DNA of 64,000 bases from Planctomycetota bacterium. GTDB taxonomy: Bacteria > Planctomycetota > UBA8108 > SXIK01. Shown one piece after another: positions 30,614-42,270 of the stretch. Numbering within the stretch: position 1 is the stretch's first letter; every line of letters begins with the position of its first letter. The stretch lies in assembly GCA_965223265.1 (NCBI GenBank), contig OZ244999.1:7104001-7168000 (forward strand), in the 5' to 3' direction. Made by a program: the position numbers and the translations under genes. The notes beneath the pieces are model-generated. The model had not been told where the DNA came from. It did no database searches and saw only the letters and a list, made by a program, of their open reading frames with translations.

Positions 30614-31894
30614 TCAATTCGGAAAGGACATGGCGAGACTGTCGTCGGCATCGAAAGTGATCGACTCCGGCTCCGTCAATCTCTCGCAGTCGCCGTTCAA
30701 TCCCGGCAGGCACGCTTCAGAAACAAAGACGTGCTCAAGCTCTAAGGTGTCGTGAACGTACGCGATGAGCGGCCCTTCCTGACGGCGTGGACACGACTTC
30801 AGCGCCATCACGATCGCGTCGCGGTCACTGTCCATGATGAGCGGCAACCGCGAATTCGCCGGCGAGCATGCGGTAATGGCGTTCAGCTGGGTAACCTTGT
30901 GGTCAACTTTGGCTGCGAAACGCTGCGTCGCGAAATCGATCATCCCCATGCCGACTCCGTTACCGTCGCTCTCGTCGGAGAGGTCACGGACGAAGATGCG
31001 ATAGATGCTCGGCATGTAGTCACACCAGGGCACGCCCTGCTTGTAGCCGTAGACACTACGTCCGGTGATGTTGGTGTCCAGACCAGCACCGGAAATATTC
31101 TTCCCCATGCGGTTGCAAATCAACAGATCCAGTTCCTTGGTTGGCAGAGACGGCATGAGCGCGAAGGCCTCCTTCAACAACTCAGCCTCCTGATCCATGA
31201 ACCCGTCCATCGTCACACCAGCGAGTCTGGCCGTCTCGTGGTATCCATTTTCAAGGATGCCGAGTCCACCAAGAATCTTTCCAGTCTCGTAGATTGCCGT
31301 CGACGCCGACGTAATCGCCGCGCCGAGGCCGATGTCGAAGATATGGGAATGGTACTCCTGTGCTCCATCTAACTTACCGAGCCCGATCGCACAGATTTTC
31401 GTCAGGCCGCTCTCGATTTTTCCTTTGAAATCGGTGTGAGGCTTGATGCGATTCATCAAGAGGACACCGTCGGAGTTCCATGCCGACTCGGCGACGTAAG
31501 GAATCACCCCTTCAGGCGTCGGATCTAGGCTGCGAGTCTTCATCTCATGCCGGATCGGAGCCCCCATGGCCGCCTCAGTGACGCCATAGTGGGCGATGAG
31601 CTGCCGCTGCGCTTCGCCGCGCGCGCCGCCGTGACTTCCCATCGCTGGAATGATAAATGGTCGCGCACCTCGCTGCTTTAGATCGTCGACGACCGCGCGC
31701 GTGATCTTATCGATGTTCGTGATGCCCCGACTACCAACCGTGATGCCGATCTCCGCGCCACTGCGAAGGCTCCCTGACGGAAAGACCCGATCCAACTCCT
31801 GGTGAACAGCGGCTGGAATGTCGTCGACTCGCGGCCGCGGAAACTTCTGTCGCACAAGGGACATCTTCGGAAGAGACTCACTCGGTGCTGCCAC
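30614..31894 (-). CDS. Lactate-racemase N-terminal domain (DUF2088/LarA-like) protein
   Basis: GITVGSRGI, IPAMGSHGG, NRIKPHTDF, ESGLTK..IGLGK..GA..YH, GKNISGAGLD. GTG start with AGGAG. Confidence 0.8.
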   Translation of the reverse strand: MAAPSESLPKMSLVRQKFPRPRVDDIPAAVHQELDRVFPSGSLRSGAEIGITVGSRGITNIDKITRAVVDDLKQRGARPFIIPAMGSHGGARGEAQRQLIAHYGVTEAAMGAPIRHEMKTRSLDPTPEGVIPYVAESAWNSDGVLLMNRIKPHTDFKGKIESGLTKICAIGLGKLDGAQEYHSHIFDIGLGAAITSASTAIYETGKILGGLGILENGYHETARLAGVTMDGFMDQEAELLKEAFALMPSLPTKELDLLICNRMGKNISGAGLDTNITGRSVYGYKQGVPWCDYMPSIYRIFVRDLSDESDGNGVGMGMIDFATQRFAAKVDHKVTQLNAITACSPANSRLPLIMDSDRDAIVMALKSCPRRQEGPLIAYVHDTLELEHVFVSEACLPGLNGDCERLTEPESITFDADDSLAMSFPN

Positions 31895-31916
31895 ATTCAC
31901 TCCTGAACTCAAACGG

Positions 31917-33905
31917 TCATTCGGACTCGACAGCATCGCTGCCGATCGCACGATATTCGCCACCATTCTCCTCAGCGAGCCTCTTGAGAAAGCTCGCGGC
32001 CTCCTCGCCCCCGCCGCTCAGACGGATCGTGTGGATGGAGACCAGACGGGTTCGGTTACGCAGCCGGATCGCACGGATAATCTCCGCGGGATCCGTGATG
32101 CGCCCACGACTGGGAGCTCCGTCGGAGAGAAGATAGATCGTGTCAACCTGCGCGTCATCGAAGGCGCGCGAGAGAGAGTCGTAGATATTCGTCCCGCTCC
32201 CGGCTTCGATCTTGCGCACGAACTCGAGGGCCTCAGCGCGGCCGCCTCCCGCCACCGCCCTTAACGACTTGCTCCATGAGACGACAGTTGCGTCGAACTT
32301 GACAACGTTCAACCACGCTTCGTCGGGCAAACCGCTGATCACCGCTTCCAACTCCGACTTGGCGACATCGATGCGCCGCTGACGGGGAGCAGGCGGTTTC
32401 TTGCTCTTTCCCTTCTTCTTTCTCCGTGCCGACTTCTTCCCTTTCGCCTTCTTTCGCTGATCGTCGTCTGATTTCTCGAGGCTCATTTTGGCCTTCATGC
32501 TGCCCGAGATATCCACAAGGAATACGACGCGATGCGACGCGACCTCGATTCCAAAGTAAGACAAGTCATGGAGAGTTCGGCTGGTCCTACTTTCGCTCTT
32601 CGCGTCGAACTCGAACTTGGATCGATTGACCGACCACCACTTCTGCCAATCGGCCGCTTCCAATCCCATATTGCTGCCGGTGAGCCGTACGAGGGCCCGG
32701 AGCATCTCCACGCGAAGACGATATTCAGTCTCTTGACCTAGTGCTTCGATCAAAACATCGATCGTCGGCAGCTTTCGAATCAAGCCCAGTCCACGAATCG
32801 ACGCCAGGCGCACGCGTGAATCTCCAGCTTTGATCGTCTCTGCGAAAACCTCGACCGTGTCGGGGCGTTCCGTCATCTGCGCCAGACTTCCAAGCGCGAG
32901 GAGCTGGCGTTGCGGAGACTTTGCGCGCGCTTCACCGACCAAGAACTCGTATGAGACATCATCGTCACTGCGAGCCAAAGCGTCCATCGCGTTGACGAAG
33001 AACTCAACGTCGGCACGCTTGCGCTTTTTAAGCATCTTGATGATTTGCTTTACGTCCGCAGCCTCAAGACCGAATGCCGCCAACGCCTCCACGGCTGCCG
33101 CCGCGACGCGTGGAGCAATGCTGAGCACTAGACGTCGGATTCTGCGGCGGGCGGCGTCGATTCCGTCGCGAACGCACAAACGCACCACCAAAACCTGCCG
33201 CTCCGACACGCGGCCGGCGGCCTTGAAGGCTCGCTCCGGCAGCCAGTCTCGCATGACATCTGAGTCGAACTGCCCGAGTACTTCGAGCACGATCCGGGCA
33301 TGAGCCAGTTCTTCATCGCGCCTTTGTGCTTTCGCCGGCAGTACAGTCGACAGAAGCGCTTTCGCTGCGTCTTCGCTATGAAGTCGTCCGAGAATCGGCG
33401 CCAACGCCGACCTTGCCTCGACACCGCGAACTTTTCTCGATAACTGGAGCAGCTCCGTCTCGAACGCACCGGCATCCTGGAGCACTGTTCGCAACGCGTG
33501 CAACGCCGCGGCCTGAACCGAAGGCATATGCGGGCCCAAGTTCTTGAGCAGAAGCGAATGTGCCTTCGCGTGTGGCGAGCGTACGATCGCCAGGGCGCAG
33601 ACGACACGAATCTCCTCCCGTGTGCGACCGAGCTCGCGGATCAAAAAATTCAACGACGCGTCCGACCCTTCCGCGGCGATCGCGAACGCCGCGGGCGCCA
33701 CGTTCTCCTTGATCTTCTTCTGACGCGCTTCCTCATCACCGCCGGCGGTCGACTTCGCGGCGTTGTAGGTCTCGATCAGGGCAGCCAACTCCTCGGCGCC
33801 AGCGGCCAAGGGCACGGCGAAAACCAAGGCGAAGAGGGCGACGATCAAGCGCAGAGAACACATACACCAACCTTGAGGGTGTGCCGGAGCGGTCAGCTCA
33901 CGCAC
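31917..33905 (-). CDS. Exported HEAT-repeat + vWA domain protein
   Basis: Signal peptide and HEAT-like repeats; W..WW; YFGI; MIDAS DISGSM, T (GTN), LLSDG. Start may be ~33863. Confidence 0.85.
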   Translation of the reverse strand: MRELTAPAHPQGWCMCSLRLIVALFALVFAVPLAAGAEELAALIETYNAAKSTAGGDEEARQKKIKENVAPAAFAIAAEGSDASLNFLIRELGRTREEIRVVCALAIVRSPHAKAHSLLLKNLGPHMPSVQAAALHALRTVLQDAGAFETELLQLSRKVRGVEARSALAPILGRLHSEDAAKALLSTVLPAKAQRRDEELAHARIVLEVLGQFDSDVMRDWLPERAFKAAGRVSERQVLVVRLCVRDGIDAARRRIRRLVLSIAPRVAAAAVEALAAFGLEAADVKQIIKMLKKRKRADVEFFVNAMDALARSDDDVSYEFLVGEARAKSPQRQLLALGSLAQMTERPDTVEVFAETIKAGDSRVRLASIRGLGLIRKLPTIDVLIEALGQETEYRLRVEMLRALVRLTGSNMGLEAADWQKWWSVNRSKFEFDAKSESRTSRTLHDLSYFGIEVASHRVVFLVDISGSMKAKMSLEKSDDDQRKKAKGKKSARRKKKGKSKKPPAPRQRRIDVAKSELEAVISGLPDEAWLNVVKFDATVVSWSKSLRAVAGGGRAEALEFVRKIEAGSGTNIYDSLSRAFDDAQVDTIYLLSDGAPSRGRITDPAEIIRAIRLRNRTRLVSIHTIRLSGGGEEAASFLKRLAEENGGEYRAIGSDAVESE

Positions 33906-34219
33906 CTCAGACTCAAGCCGGCACGAAGAGAACTTCGAATCGTTGCCACTCTATAGTCGACAGCCGACGTCACCGGCGAAAAACAGGATGACCATTCTAC
34001 GCTGCAGCTCCCGCCCGGTGCAATCGTACGGCGCCACTCGACCGCCAATGATCGGCCTCTCTCCCAACACTGCGGGCTGCGGTTTTCGCCGCACTTCAGC
34101 CACACGTTCGCGGTCTGGCGACGCGAAACGGAGCGAAGCGCAGCCGCGGTCGAATCATTCGACGAAGAGATCGGCCTCTTCACGCTCGCCTGCTGCTCGA
34201 AGCAAGTTCGAGTGGGCGC

Positions 34220-35191
34220 TCAACTCGGCACGACGCTAGCAACCCGAACGCAGTTTCGCCCGTCTCGTTTGGCGAGGTAGAGCGCTTGATCCGCCAGATC
34301 CAAAACCTCTGTGACTCCTAGGCGGCTCTCTGGTTTGTGGTATGCGAGACCAACGCTCACAGTGATGCGCTCGAGGGGCTCCGGCATACACGCTTTCTCC
34401 ACCGCAAGGCGCAGACGCTCGGCGAAATCGTAGGCACACTCTTGCGCTGCGTCCTCCGCGAGAACAACGAACTCCTCGCCGCCGTAACGGGCAATCTGAT
34501 CGGTGTCGCGCAGATTGCATCGAAGCACACTCGCGACTGTCTGCAAGACCTGGTCGCCGAAGAGATGTCCGTAGCGATCGTTCACTGTTTTGAAGCGGTC
34601 GATGTCGATGCAGAGCACCGCGAATGATCGCGCCGAGGGAGGATCGTCGGCCGGCGCGTCGAGTTCGCTGAGAACTTCATTGAGAAAACGCCGATTCGGC
34701 AGCAACGTCAGAGGATCACGTTTCACCAAGGCCTGCAGTTCGGCCACGAGCCCCTGCTCACGCTCGATTTTCGCCTCCAGATCGTCCACGAGGGCACACA
34801 GTTGCTCGAGCAACTCGGAGCGCACGCTCTCGTCATGACCCAAAGCGATCCAGGTATCACCTCCTACACGCCTGAAGGTGTAGGACACCATCCTCGGGCC
34901 GGCGGGCAACGAGTGGTGGAGCGAGAGGTTGACGCTGGCGCTTTGCGCATCCGTCAGGGCCCGTCGAACATCGCGACTGCACTCGTCAGTCAATGTCGAG
35001 AGGAAATCTGTCGACGACGGACAGTCGCACACCTCGCGGCAGAACAGGCGATTCGCGAACTCGATCCGGCAGGCATCGTCCAAGACAACGATGAACATGC
35101 CTGGAGCGTCCAGCACCATATCCCGCAGTTGAGCCTGCAAATGCTCCGGAAAACACAGGTTTTTCTCTGCTGTTTTCTCGCCCAGGGTCAC
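34220..35191 (-). CDS. PAS-coiled-coil diguanylate cyclase
   Basis: DPLT.LPNRR, DIDRFKTVNDRYGH, RxxD I-site (RDTD) and GGEEF, ADQALY.AK..GRN. Confidence 0.93.
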   Translation of the reverse strand: MTLGEKTAEKNLCFPEHLQAQLRDMVLDAPGMFIVVLDDACRIEFANRLFCREVCDCPSSTDFLSTLTDECSRDVRRALTDAQSASVNLSLHHSLPAGPRMVSYTFRRVGGDTWIALGHDESVRSELLEQLCALVDDLEAKIEREQGLVAELQALVKRDPLTLLPNRRFLNEVLSELDAPADDPPSARSFAVLCIDIDRFKTVNDRYGHLFGDQVLQTVASVLRCNLRDTDQIARYGGEEFVVLAEDAAQECAYDFAERLRLAVEKACMPEPLERITVSVGLAYHKPESRLGVTEVLDLADQALYLAKRDGRNCVRVASVVPS

Positions 35192-35346
35192 GAAAGCTTC
35201 TCCCCTACCACGCGAGGCCTATTCGGTTCCAAAAGGGCGACCCAACGTCGACGAATTGGACCGCCTTCCGAACTATCGGCGCGATCGACGGCAGCACCAA
35301 AGTCCAGTTTGACGAGTGCCGGGAAAGTCGAATGGACCGCTCTAGC

Positions 35347-35384
35347 AAAAAAAAAACCGACGGACATGGCGGGACGCTCGTCAA
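35347..35384 (-). terminator. Rho-independent terminator downstream of the VOC-fusion gene
   Basis: Minus strand: UUGACG-A-GCGU/cccgcc/AUGU-C-CGUCGG stem followed by U10. Confidence 0.6.
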
Positions 35385-35476
35385 CCTCACGACAGCGCGA
35401 GGTGAAGTTCGGATCGGACTCACTTCTTTAGCCTCGAGCTTGGCCATGGCCTCAGGGATCGCGACCGCACCTCGAG

Positions 35477-36355
35477 TTATGAGAATTCCAACCCTCGTGG
35501 TTCGCTCTCTGTGAGCTCGAAAAGATATCCGGACGGATCCTTGACGACGAAGAATCTGTGGCGGCCCGCCGCGAAATCGCTGTCGACGATCGTGAGGTCG
35601 GCGCGCACTGCGTTCTCGTAGTAGATCTCAACGTCGGCGACCTGAACGATAAAGAGCGCTCCCCAACCAAGGGACGACGGGGGCTCTCCCAGCGCGTAAG
35701 GGTCCCCTTTGCCGAGTCGGTCATGGCCATGAATCGCGACGTGAACACCCTCGATTTCGAATTCGGCGTAGCCGCGCGCAGTCTGACTCGTGTGAACCGG
35801 TTCGATCGAGAAAAGCTGTCGATAAAACTCGACCGACGCAATGGGATCTCGAGCGGCGAGCAGAATCAAAGCGAAGCGCGGCGGCGCGGCAGGCACGCGA
35901 ACGTCCGACCGAGAGAGGCGCTGGATAATCTCAGCTTGAGTCCTCTCGATGCGACGCTCACTGATGAATAGCTCTCGCTCTCGAAGAAGCTCGTCAGCTT
36001 GCCGACGCGAAGGAGCATTGAGGAGATTCTTCGCCAGATTGAGATAGCTGCGCAGTTCATGCCGAACCAGAGGGTCCTGCCAGATCTCGCGCAGGAACTC
36101 TCGCGCCCCGACCTGGCTGTCCCAGAGCCGACCGTATCGCCGCAAATACTCTGTCGCCGCACGAGGCTCGGACTCGGCACTCGGGTACCAGATTTCCTGC
36201 GGATGATAAGGTTCTCCGAGAAGCAGCGGCGAAATGTAGAGGTTCTCGAAAAACCCCCGGCGCAGACACACGACGGCGCGAGCGACGTCGGATTGCCGAA
36301 ACGCCTCGACGGCGTGGTTGAACAGATCGCAAGCCGTCAGTCTTTCTTCCGCCAT
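35477..36355 (-). CDS. Helical N-terminal domain fused to a VOC/glyoxalase domain
   Basis: C-terminal D...SVEFY..LF ... F.VQVADVE ... FFVVKDPSGYLFEL. The N-terminal ~155 aa are unassigned. Start ATG 36355. Confidence 0.8.
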   Translation of the reverse strand: MAEERLTACDLFNHAVEAFRQSDVARAVVCLRRGFFENLYISPLLLGEPYHPQEIWYPSAESEPRAATEYLRRYGRLWDSQVGAREFLREIWQDPLVRHELRSYLNLAKNLLNAPSRRQADELLRERELFISERRIERTQAEIIQRLSRSDVRVPAAPPRFALILLAARDPIASVEFYRQLFSIEPVHTSQTARGYAEFEIEGVHVAIHGHDRLGKGDPYALGEPPSSLGWGALFIVQVADVEIYYENAVRADLTIVDSDFAAGRHRFFVVKDPSGYLFELTESEPRGLEFS

Positions 36356-36551
36356 CAAGTTCCCGTTGGAATCGCTGAGTAGATCGTCGGCAGGCACACG
36401 AGCACACCGTAGCGCCGCTTGACTCCACAGTGCGCTCGGTAGTATACACCAGCCCACTTGTCGACCGACAAAGCAACGCCGCTGTTCGAGGTCGACCCGA
36501 ACGCTTGTCTATTACTCCGAAGCTCGTCCCCTCGGTATCCCGAGTCACCGC

Positions 36552-37643
<1,092 letters not shown>

Positions 37644-37717
37644 CCGATCTCTCGGTGGAGACAGCCGCGGACGAAGACGGCGATCCGCGCCACAGCATGT
37701 TCACGGAGTCGTCGCCA

Positions 37718-40700
37718 TCAACCGTCGTTGCGATCGGGACGCTCGCCGGAACTCTTCTTCGCTTCACGTCTCAGGTCGCTTGGAAGTGGCGGCGGCGGTT
37801 CGTTCTCCGAACCGATCTCGAAACCGATTCCGACGGTCACAAACTTCGGCGACGGATTGGCGAGATCACCTTTGACAACGATGCGGCCCGTCACCGACTT
37901 GATCGCGCTCAGAACGCTCTCAAACACGGGCACTTCGACGTTGAACAATCTTGGCAGGAGCGTCAGGTTCAGCTTCCCGTCGAAATCCATCGTGCCGTCT
38001 CCGCGTAGCTTGATGCCTCGGCTTTCGATGCGAATCCCGTTGGGCGTGGCGACAAACTTCCCATCCTTGATCAAGTACTCCAGATCGACAGAGTTGAAGT
38101 AATGATCCCCAAGCGAGTCGCCGAACAGAACACCGAGAATACCCACGAAGAGCGGTAGTTGGACGAGTTTCGCGCGTTTGATGCTACCGCGTCCCTGGCC
38201 AACGACCGATCGGCTGTCGCCGACGCGACCGGCAAACTCGACTTCGCCGCTGGCTTCACCCTCCGTTCCTGTCCCCGGAGCGCCAAAAACATCCTCAGCG
38301 GCCATGGCCACTTTGAGGCCGTCAGCCGTGAAGTGTCCTGCCAAGTCTTTCTGTTCGCCGGCATCGACGTAGAGAAAACCGTCAAACCGCCCGCCGTACA
38401 TCTCCCTCGACGCCAGAAACGCCTGGAATGTCTCGTCGACACTGCTGCGCGTCAGTCGGCGGACAAATGAGCGCGGTGGATCATAGCGCTCCTTTGCCGC
38501 CTCGTCGCCATCGCGGACCGCGCGAATGTGCGGGTGCACCATGCCGAGGCAAAACTCGACGACGGTACCCGTCAGGTGCAACCGGTTGAACCAGGCGGAA
38601 GATGCCCTCACCTCGCCCATCAAAGAGTGCGGCTTGCCGGGAAACTTTGTCCCGGAGAACGAACTCTTGGCATCAATCTCCTTGATTCGCAGGCCGAAGT
38701 CGACCTCGCCGCCCTCTAGGACGATGTCATCGCCACGGTACGAAATCGCCACGTGGCTCGGGTCCACCTCATCAAACTCGAATGTTCCCGTCAGTTTTCC
38801 ACCATAGGTGCCCCCCAAGCCGATCTTTTCAACAAAGCGCCGGAGTTGTGGCGGCAAGGCAGCGACCAGGCGGCCATCGAACTGCAACTCCGCAATATCG
38901 AGCCCGAACCCCAGTGTGCGCTGCGTTCCCTCTTGAATCAGTTCGCCGTGGAATTCAACACGCGGACGGAAATCGTCGGGAGTACGAACGCCCGAGAACT
39001 TCAGCGTCTCTTCTCCCAAGAGCTCGAGACTGCCGCCTTCAAGTGGAATGCGATAGGGAAAATCTTTATGGCGAACGGACCCTCGGTGCAGAGACGCGAG
39101 CGAGTTGACGACAAGGCCGAGCGACTCAGTGGACTGAATCTTGACGTCCAACCCGACCTCGCCGCGAAAATCGAAATCCCGAAGTAAATTTCGCCCACTC
39201 TCCGGAATTGCCTCAGCGAATTCTTCGTCAACACGCAGAGAGTCGGCGTGAAGGGAAACGTGAAATAGCCCTTCTTCTCCGAAGTCGACAGCGCCTTGGC
39301 CCGTGATCGTCTGATCACCGTGCTGTCCCTTCAGGCCAACAATCGTCATGAGGTTGTCGGGGAAATCGAGACGGATCTCGCCGCCGATGTTCTCGACTTG
39401 GTATGGGAAGTGTCGATACGCAATGTGAAGCTGTCGCGGAAAGATGTTCACAGCCACTCGAATACGCCGAAGTTCGCGCAGCTCATCTTCAGGTAGCGTC
39501 GGATCGTACTGCGCTCGGTAAACGTTCACGACTCCATCCGCCGTGCCTGTCGCGCGAAAGTCGTCCCAAATCTGACGCGACTGCAGCGGTAGACTGCCGC
39601 GAAAACGTTCGTCGAGCGGCACACCGGCTATGCGCACAACGATTCCAACCTTGCCGCCCGCTCTCAAATCCGCACCGTAGCCGCTGACTGCGACCCTCAC
39701 AGGGCCTTCGGTCGCCTCGATGGGTCCAGGAAACTCGAGACGCCCGTCCTTGACGACGATCTGGCCACGTGCGCCGCGCACCAGATACGGAAAGTGACGA
39801 TAAGAAACGTCGACACCGTCGAGCGTCAACGTCGCGAGCACGTCCCGCGGGCGCGGCGGAAAGACAAGGCTTTCCGCAACATCCAGCTCGATCCCGATGC
39901 GTCCCGTTGGACTATACTCGTCGTAGATCTCACGCGCATGGCCGGTGAGCACGTCCCGAAGTCGATGGTTCACAGGGAAGGACGCAGCACGCGCTCGCAT
40001 GGTCCAGCGCTGCAGCTCCCACTGTCTGGAGAACTCCGCAGAGCCGCTGAGTGACAAGGGGCCGCCGCCGACCTGACCGGAGAGCGAATCGATCGCAACG
40101 ACCTGATTGCGCATCGACAATCTGCCCTCGATTCCCTTGAGCGGAAATGGCAGTCGCTCGTGGTCGACGTCGCACCGTGAGATGCTCGCCGATAGGCGCT
40201 GGATCTGAAACCCTTCTAAGCTGTCAAAGCTCAGATCAGCATGCAGATCCGCAACCCCACTGACACGAATTCGTTTGATCGTTTGCGCAACGTCTGGGTT
40301 CTCCACGTAGGAGTGAAGGGGTGCTCCCAGGTCGAGTTTCTCGACACTCACCGCGGCGCGCACCTGTCCCGTATCTGAGACGTCGCCCACGACACGAGCG
40401 CGTCGCATGTGCGGCGCTCGACACTCGCCCTGAAATCTCAGCGCACCGCCTTCCTGGCGCCGAAGCGAGGCAAAAACATCTTCGAGCACGACTTCTCGCT
40501 GCGGCCTCACCACTCGATCCACCAAACGGATGCGGCCACCCGCCAAACGAAACGACGACAAAATGGGCGACGCCGCCTCCGGCTGCGCCGCAGACGAGTC
40601 TGCGTCTGCATCGCTCTGCGCTTCAATCGCGTCGAGAATGGAAGCAAAGTTCCATGTGCCGTCGCCGCGACGCTCAAGCGCAAGCCGAGGTTGCTCGAGG

Positions 40701-41101
40701 ACGAAGGCGTCTACTTCGAACGCCCCTTTCAGGAGAGAAAGATACTTGGGGACGAGTCGGACGCGCTCGACACTCAACAGTGGGGGCTCACGCCTAGCGA
40801 CGGATGTCGACGACACATCTGAAGAAGAAGTGGATGGGGCCGGGTGCGTCAGTCGCAATCCTTCCAACTCGACACCGCGCGCCCAGGTGATTCTAAGGGA
40901 TTCGAACTCTGCAGCGAGGCCGAAAGCCGCCCTGAGGTGATCCCGCGCGCGCGACTCGAGCACGGCGGGACGGAGAGCCAAAAACAGATTCAGAGCAACG
41001 CCTATCACAACCACGAGCGCCATCACCGCGCACGTCGAGAATGACACACGGCGAGGTTTTCGTCGGCGGCGCTGGCGCGCGCGACGCGATGTCAGGAGCA
41101 T
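37718..41101 (-). CDS. AsmA/TamB-like repeating beta-groove envelope protein
   Basis: N-terminal TM anchor, DGTWNF, repeated FPY.V..GxI beta units, and G.GTMDFDG.LNL / VKG.LANP AsmA C-terminal motifs. Confidence 0.82.
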   Translation of the reverse strand: MLLTSRRARQRRRRKPRRVSFSTCAVMALVVVIGVALNLFLALRPAVLESRARDHLRAAFGLAAEFESLRITWARGVELEGLRLTHPAPSTSSSDVSSTSVARREPPLLSVERVRLVPKYLSLLKGAFEVDAFVLEQPRLALERRGDGTWNFASILDAIEAQSDADADSSAAQPEAASPILSSFRLAGGRIRLVDRVVRPQREVVLEDVFASLRRQEGGALRFQGECRAPHMRRARVVGDVSDTGQVRAAVSVEKLDLGAPLHSYVENPDVAQTIKRIRVSGVADLHADLSFDSLEGFQIQRLSASISRCDVDHERLPFPLKGIEGRLSMRNQVVAIDSLSGQVGGGPLSLSGSAEFSRQWELQRWTMRARAASFPVNHRLRDVLTGHAREIYDEYSPTGRIGIELDVAESLVFPPRPRDVLATLTLDGVDVSYRHFPYLVRGARGQIVVKDGRLEFPGPIEATEGPVRVAVSGYGADLRAGGKVGIVVRIAGVPLDERFRGSLPLQSRQIWDDFRATGTADGVVNVYRAQYDPTLPEDELRELRRIRVAVNIFPRQLHIAYRHFPYQVENIGGEIRLDFPDNLMTIVGLKGQHGDQTITGQGAVDFGEEGLFHVSLHADSLRVDEEFAEAIPESGRNLLRDFDFRGEVGLDVKIQSTESLGLVVNSLASLHRGSVRHKDFPYRIPLEGGSLELLGEETLKFSGVRTPDDFRPRVEFHGELIQEGTQRTLGFGLDIAELQFDGRLVAALPPQLRRFVEKIGLGGTYGGKLTGTFEFDEVDPSHVAISYRGDDIVLEGGEVDFGLRIKEIDAKSSFSGTKFPGKPHSLMGEVRASSAWFNRLHLTGTVVEFCLGMVHPHIRAVRDGDEAAKERYDPPRSFVRRLTRSSVDETFQAFLASREMYGGRFDGFLYVDAGEQKDLAGHFTADGLKVAMAAEDVFGAPGTGTEGEASGEVEFAGRVGDSRSVVGQGRGSIKRAKLVQLPLFVGILGVLFGDSLGDHYFNSVDLEYLIKDGKFVATPNGIRIESRGIKLRGDGTMDFDGKLNLTLLPRLFNVEVPVFESVLSAIKSVTGRIVVKGDLANPSPKFVTVGIGFEIGSENEPPPPLPSDLRREAKKSSGERPDRNDG

Positions 41102-41943
41102 GCCGAGTCTGACTCCATCAGCTTGTGCTCAGCTTCCGTGGGGCGCATATAGATCGGCACCAATCGGTGAATCTCCTCCCTTGAGCGCGCCACGCGCGAT
41201 CGCCAAGGGGTGGCCTCGTCGCCCGGCTGCTGCAGCGCGTCCAGCGCCAGCAAGGCCACAGCGAGGCTACGATCGAGCGGCGCGGTGCTACAAGGCGTGA
41301 ACGTTACCTTGCCCATCGCTTCACGGTCGACGTGCGACTCCACGAGAGTCAGAAACTTCTCTGCCCCCTCGCCGACGATCCCGAGCTGTCGCACACCGAG
41401 AACGCCGAGCTTCGAGACCAGGGCCGGACAGAGCTCTGCGGCACGATCGACGCTCTGGGGGATGGCCGGAGCCGCGAGCTGAAGCCCGGTCGGCGGCCAC
41501 TGGGGGTCCGCCGCGGAGCGAAAAGCCGCGGCAAAGAGGAAGTCTTGTCTGCCGTCGAGGACGCTCAGACTCCACAGCTCACCACGCTCCCCAGCACGGC
41601 GGGCGGCGAGCAGGCGCGCCGCAGCGACGGCGCGGAGTGTTTCGACGCCAACGACCGGACAGCCGAGAGCCAGTCCAAGGGTTTTGGCGCTGGTAACGCC
41701 AACGCGCACGCCGGTGTACGATCCCGGACCGACGCTGACCCCGACAGCGGCCACGCGACTGATCGCCACGTCGGCCTTCTCCAGCAGACCCCGGATCGAC
41801 GAGACGAGATCTTCGCCATACGAAAACCCGCACGTAAACTCATGTGCAGCGAGCACTTGCCCAGCTTCGAAGAGGGCGACACTGCCGTGGGCAGTCGACG
41901 TCTCGATCGCAAGTATTGGCTCGGAAGGAATCACGGTCTTCAA
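41092..41943 (-). CDS. tsaB: tRNA t6A biosynthesis protein TsaB
   Basis: ILAIETST, GPGSYTGVRVG..AKTL, P.Y.R..EAE. Confidence 0.92.
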   Translation of the reverse strand: MKTVIPSEPILAIETSTAHGSVALFEAGQVLAAHEFTCGFSYGEDLVSSIRGLLEKADVAISRVAAVGVSVGPGSYTGVRVGVTSAKTLGLALGCPVVGVETLRAVAAARLLAARRAGERGELWSLSVLDGRQDFLFAAAFRSAADPQWPPTGLQLAAPAIPQSVDRAAELCPALVSKLGVLGVRQLGIVGEGAEKFLTLVESHVDREAMGKVTFTPCSTAPLDRSLAVALLALDALQQPGDEATPWRSRVARSREEIHRLVPIYMRPTEAEHKLMESDSACS

Positions 41944-42104
41944 TCTTCAATGCGCCAGGTGGAAACGGACGAACGTGCCAGGTGGCTCAGCGAGTCGACC
42001 TGCTCCTTGAACCTCTGGCCAGTCGCCACTTTACGCCCCCATCGGGGCGAAGAGGCGCAAAATCCGCGGTGGACATACCGGCTAGGTTTCTTACCACCAG
42101 AAAC

Positions 42105-42133
42105 TTGACTTTGCCGCGAAGAATTTCTACGTT
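42105..42133 (+). promoter_or_regulatory. Putative sigma70 promoter of the tpiA operon/leader
   Basis: TTGACT-17 bp-TACGTT. Confidence 0.65.
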
Positions 42134-42139
42134 AAGGGG

Positions 42140-42270
42140 TTCTTACTCGTCGCAGGGTGGTCATGATGGTGCGTGAGTGCGTCGCTCAGCTCTGAAGTCT
42201 CCCGGGAACTCTCCCCCCTGGTGAGGCTCTCTCAGTAACCGGCGTTTTATCCCACCAGTTCGACGAAGAC
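42140..42270 (+). ncRNA. Candidate structured RNA (6S-like irregular hairpin or tpiA leader)
   Basis: Starts at the predicted TSS. TCGTCG(42147-52)/CGACGA(42261-66) and GGTGG/CCACC closing helices, internal bubble, inner stem. Confidence 0.3.

Noticed and set aside
35347-35356. A10 tract as a phase-variation site for the diguanylate cyclase
   Set aside because: Better explained as the U-tract of a minus-strand terminator hairpin.
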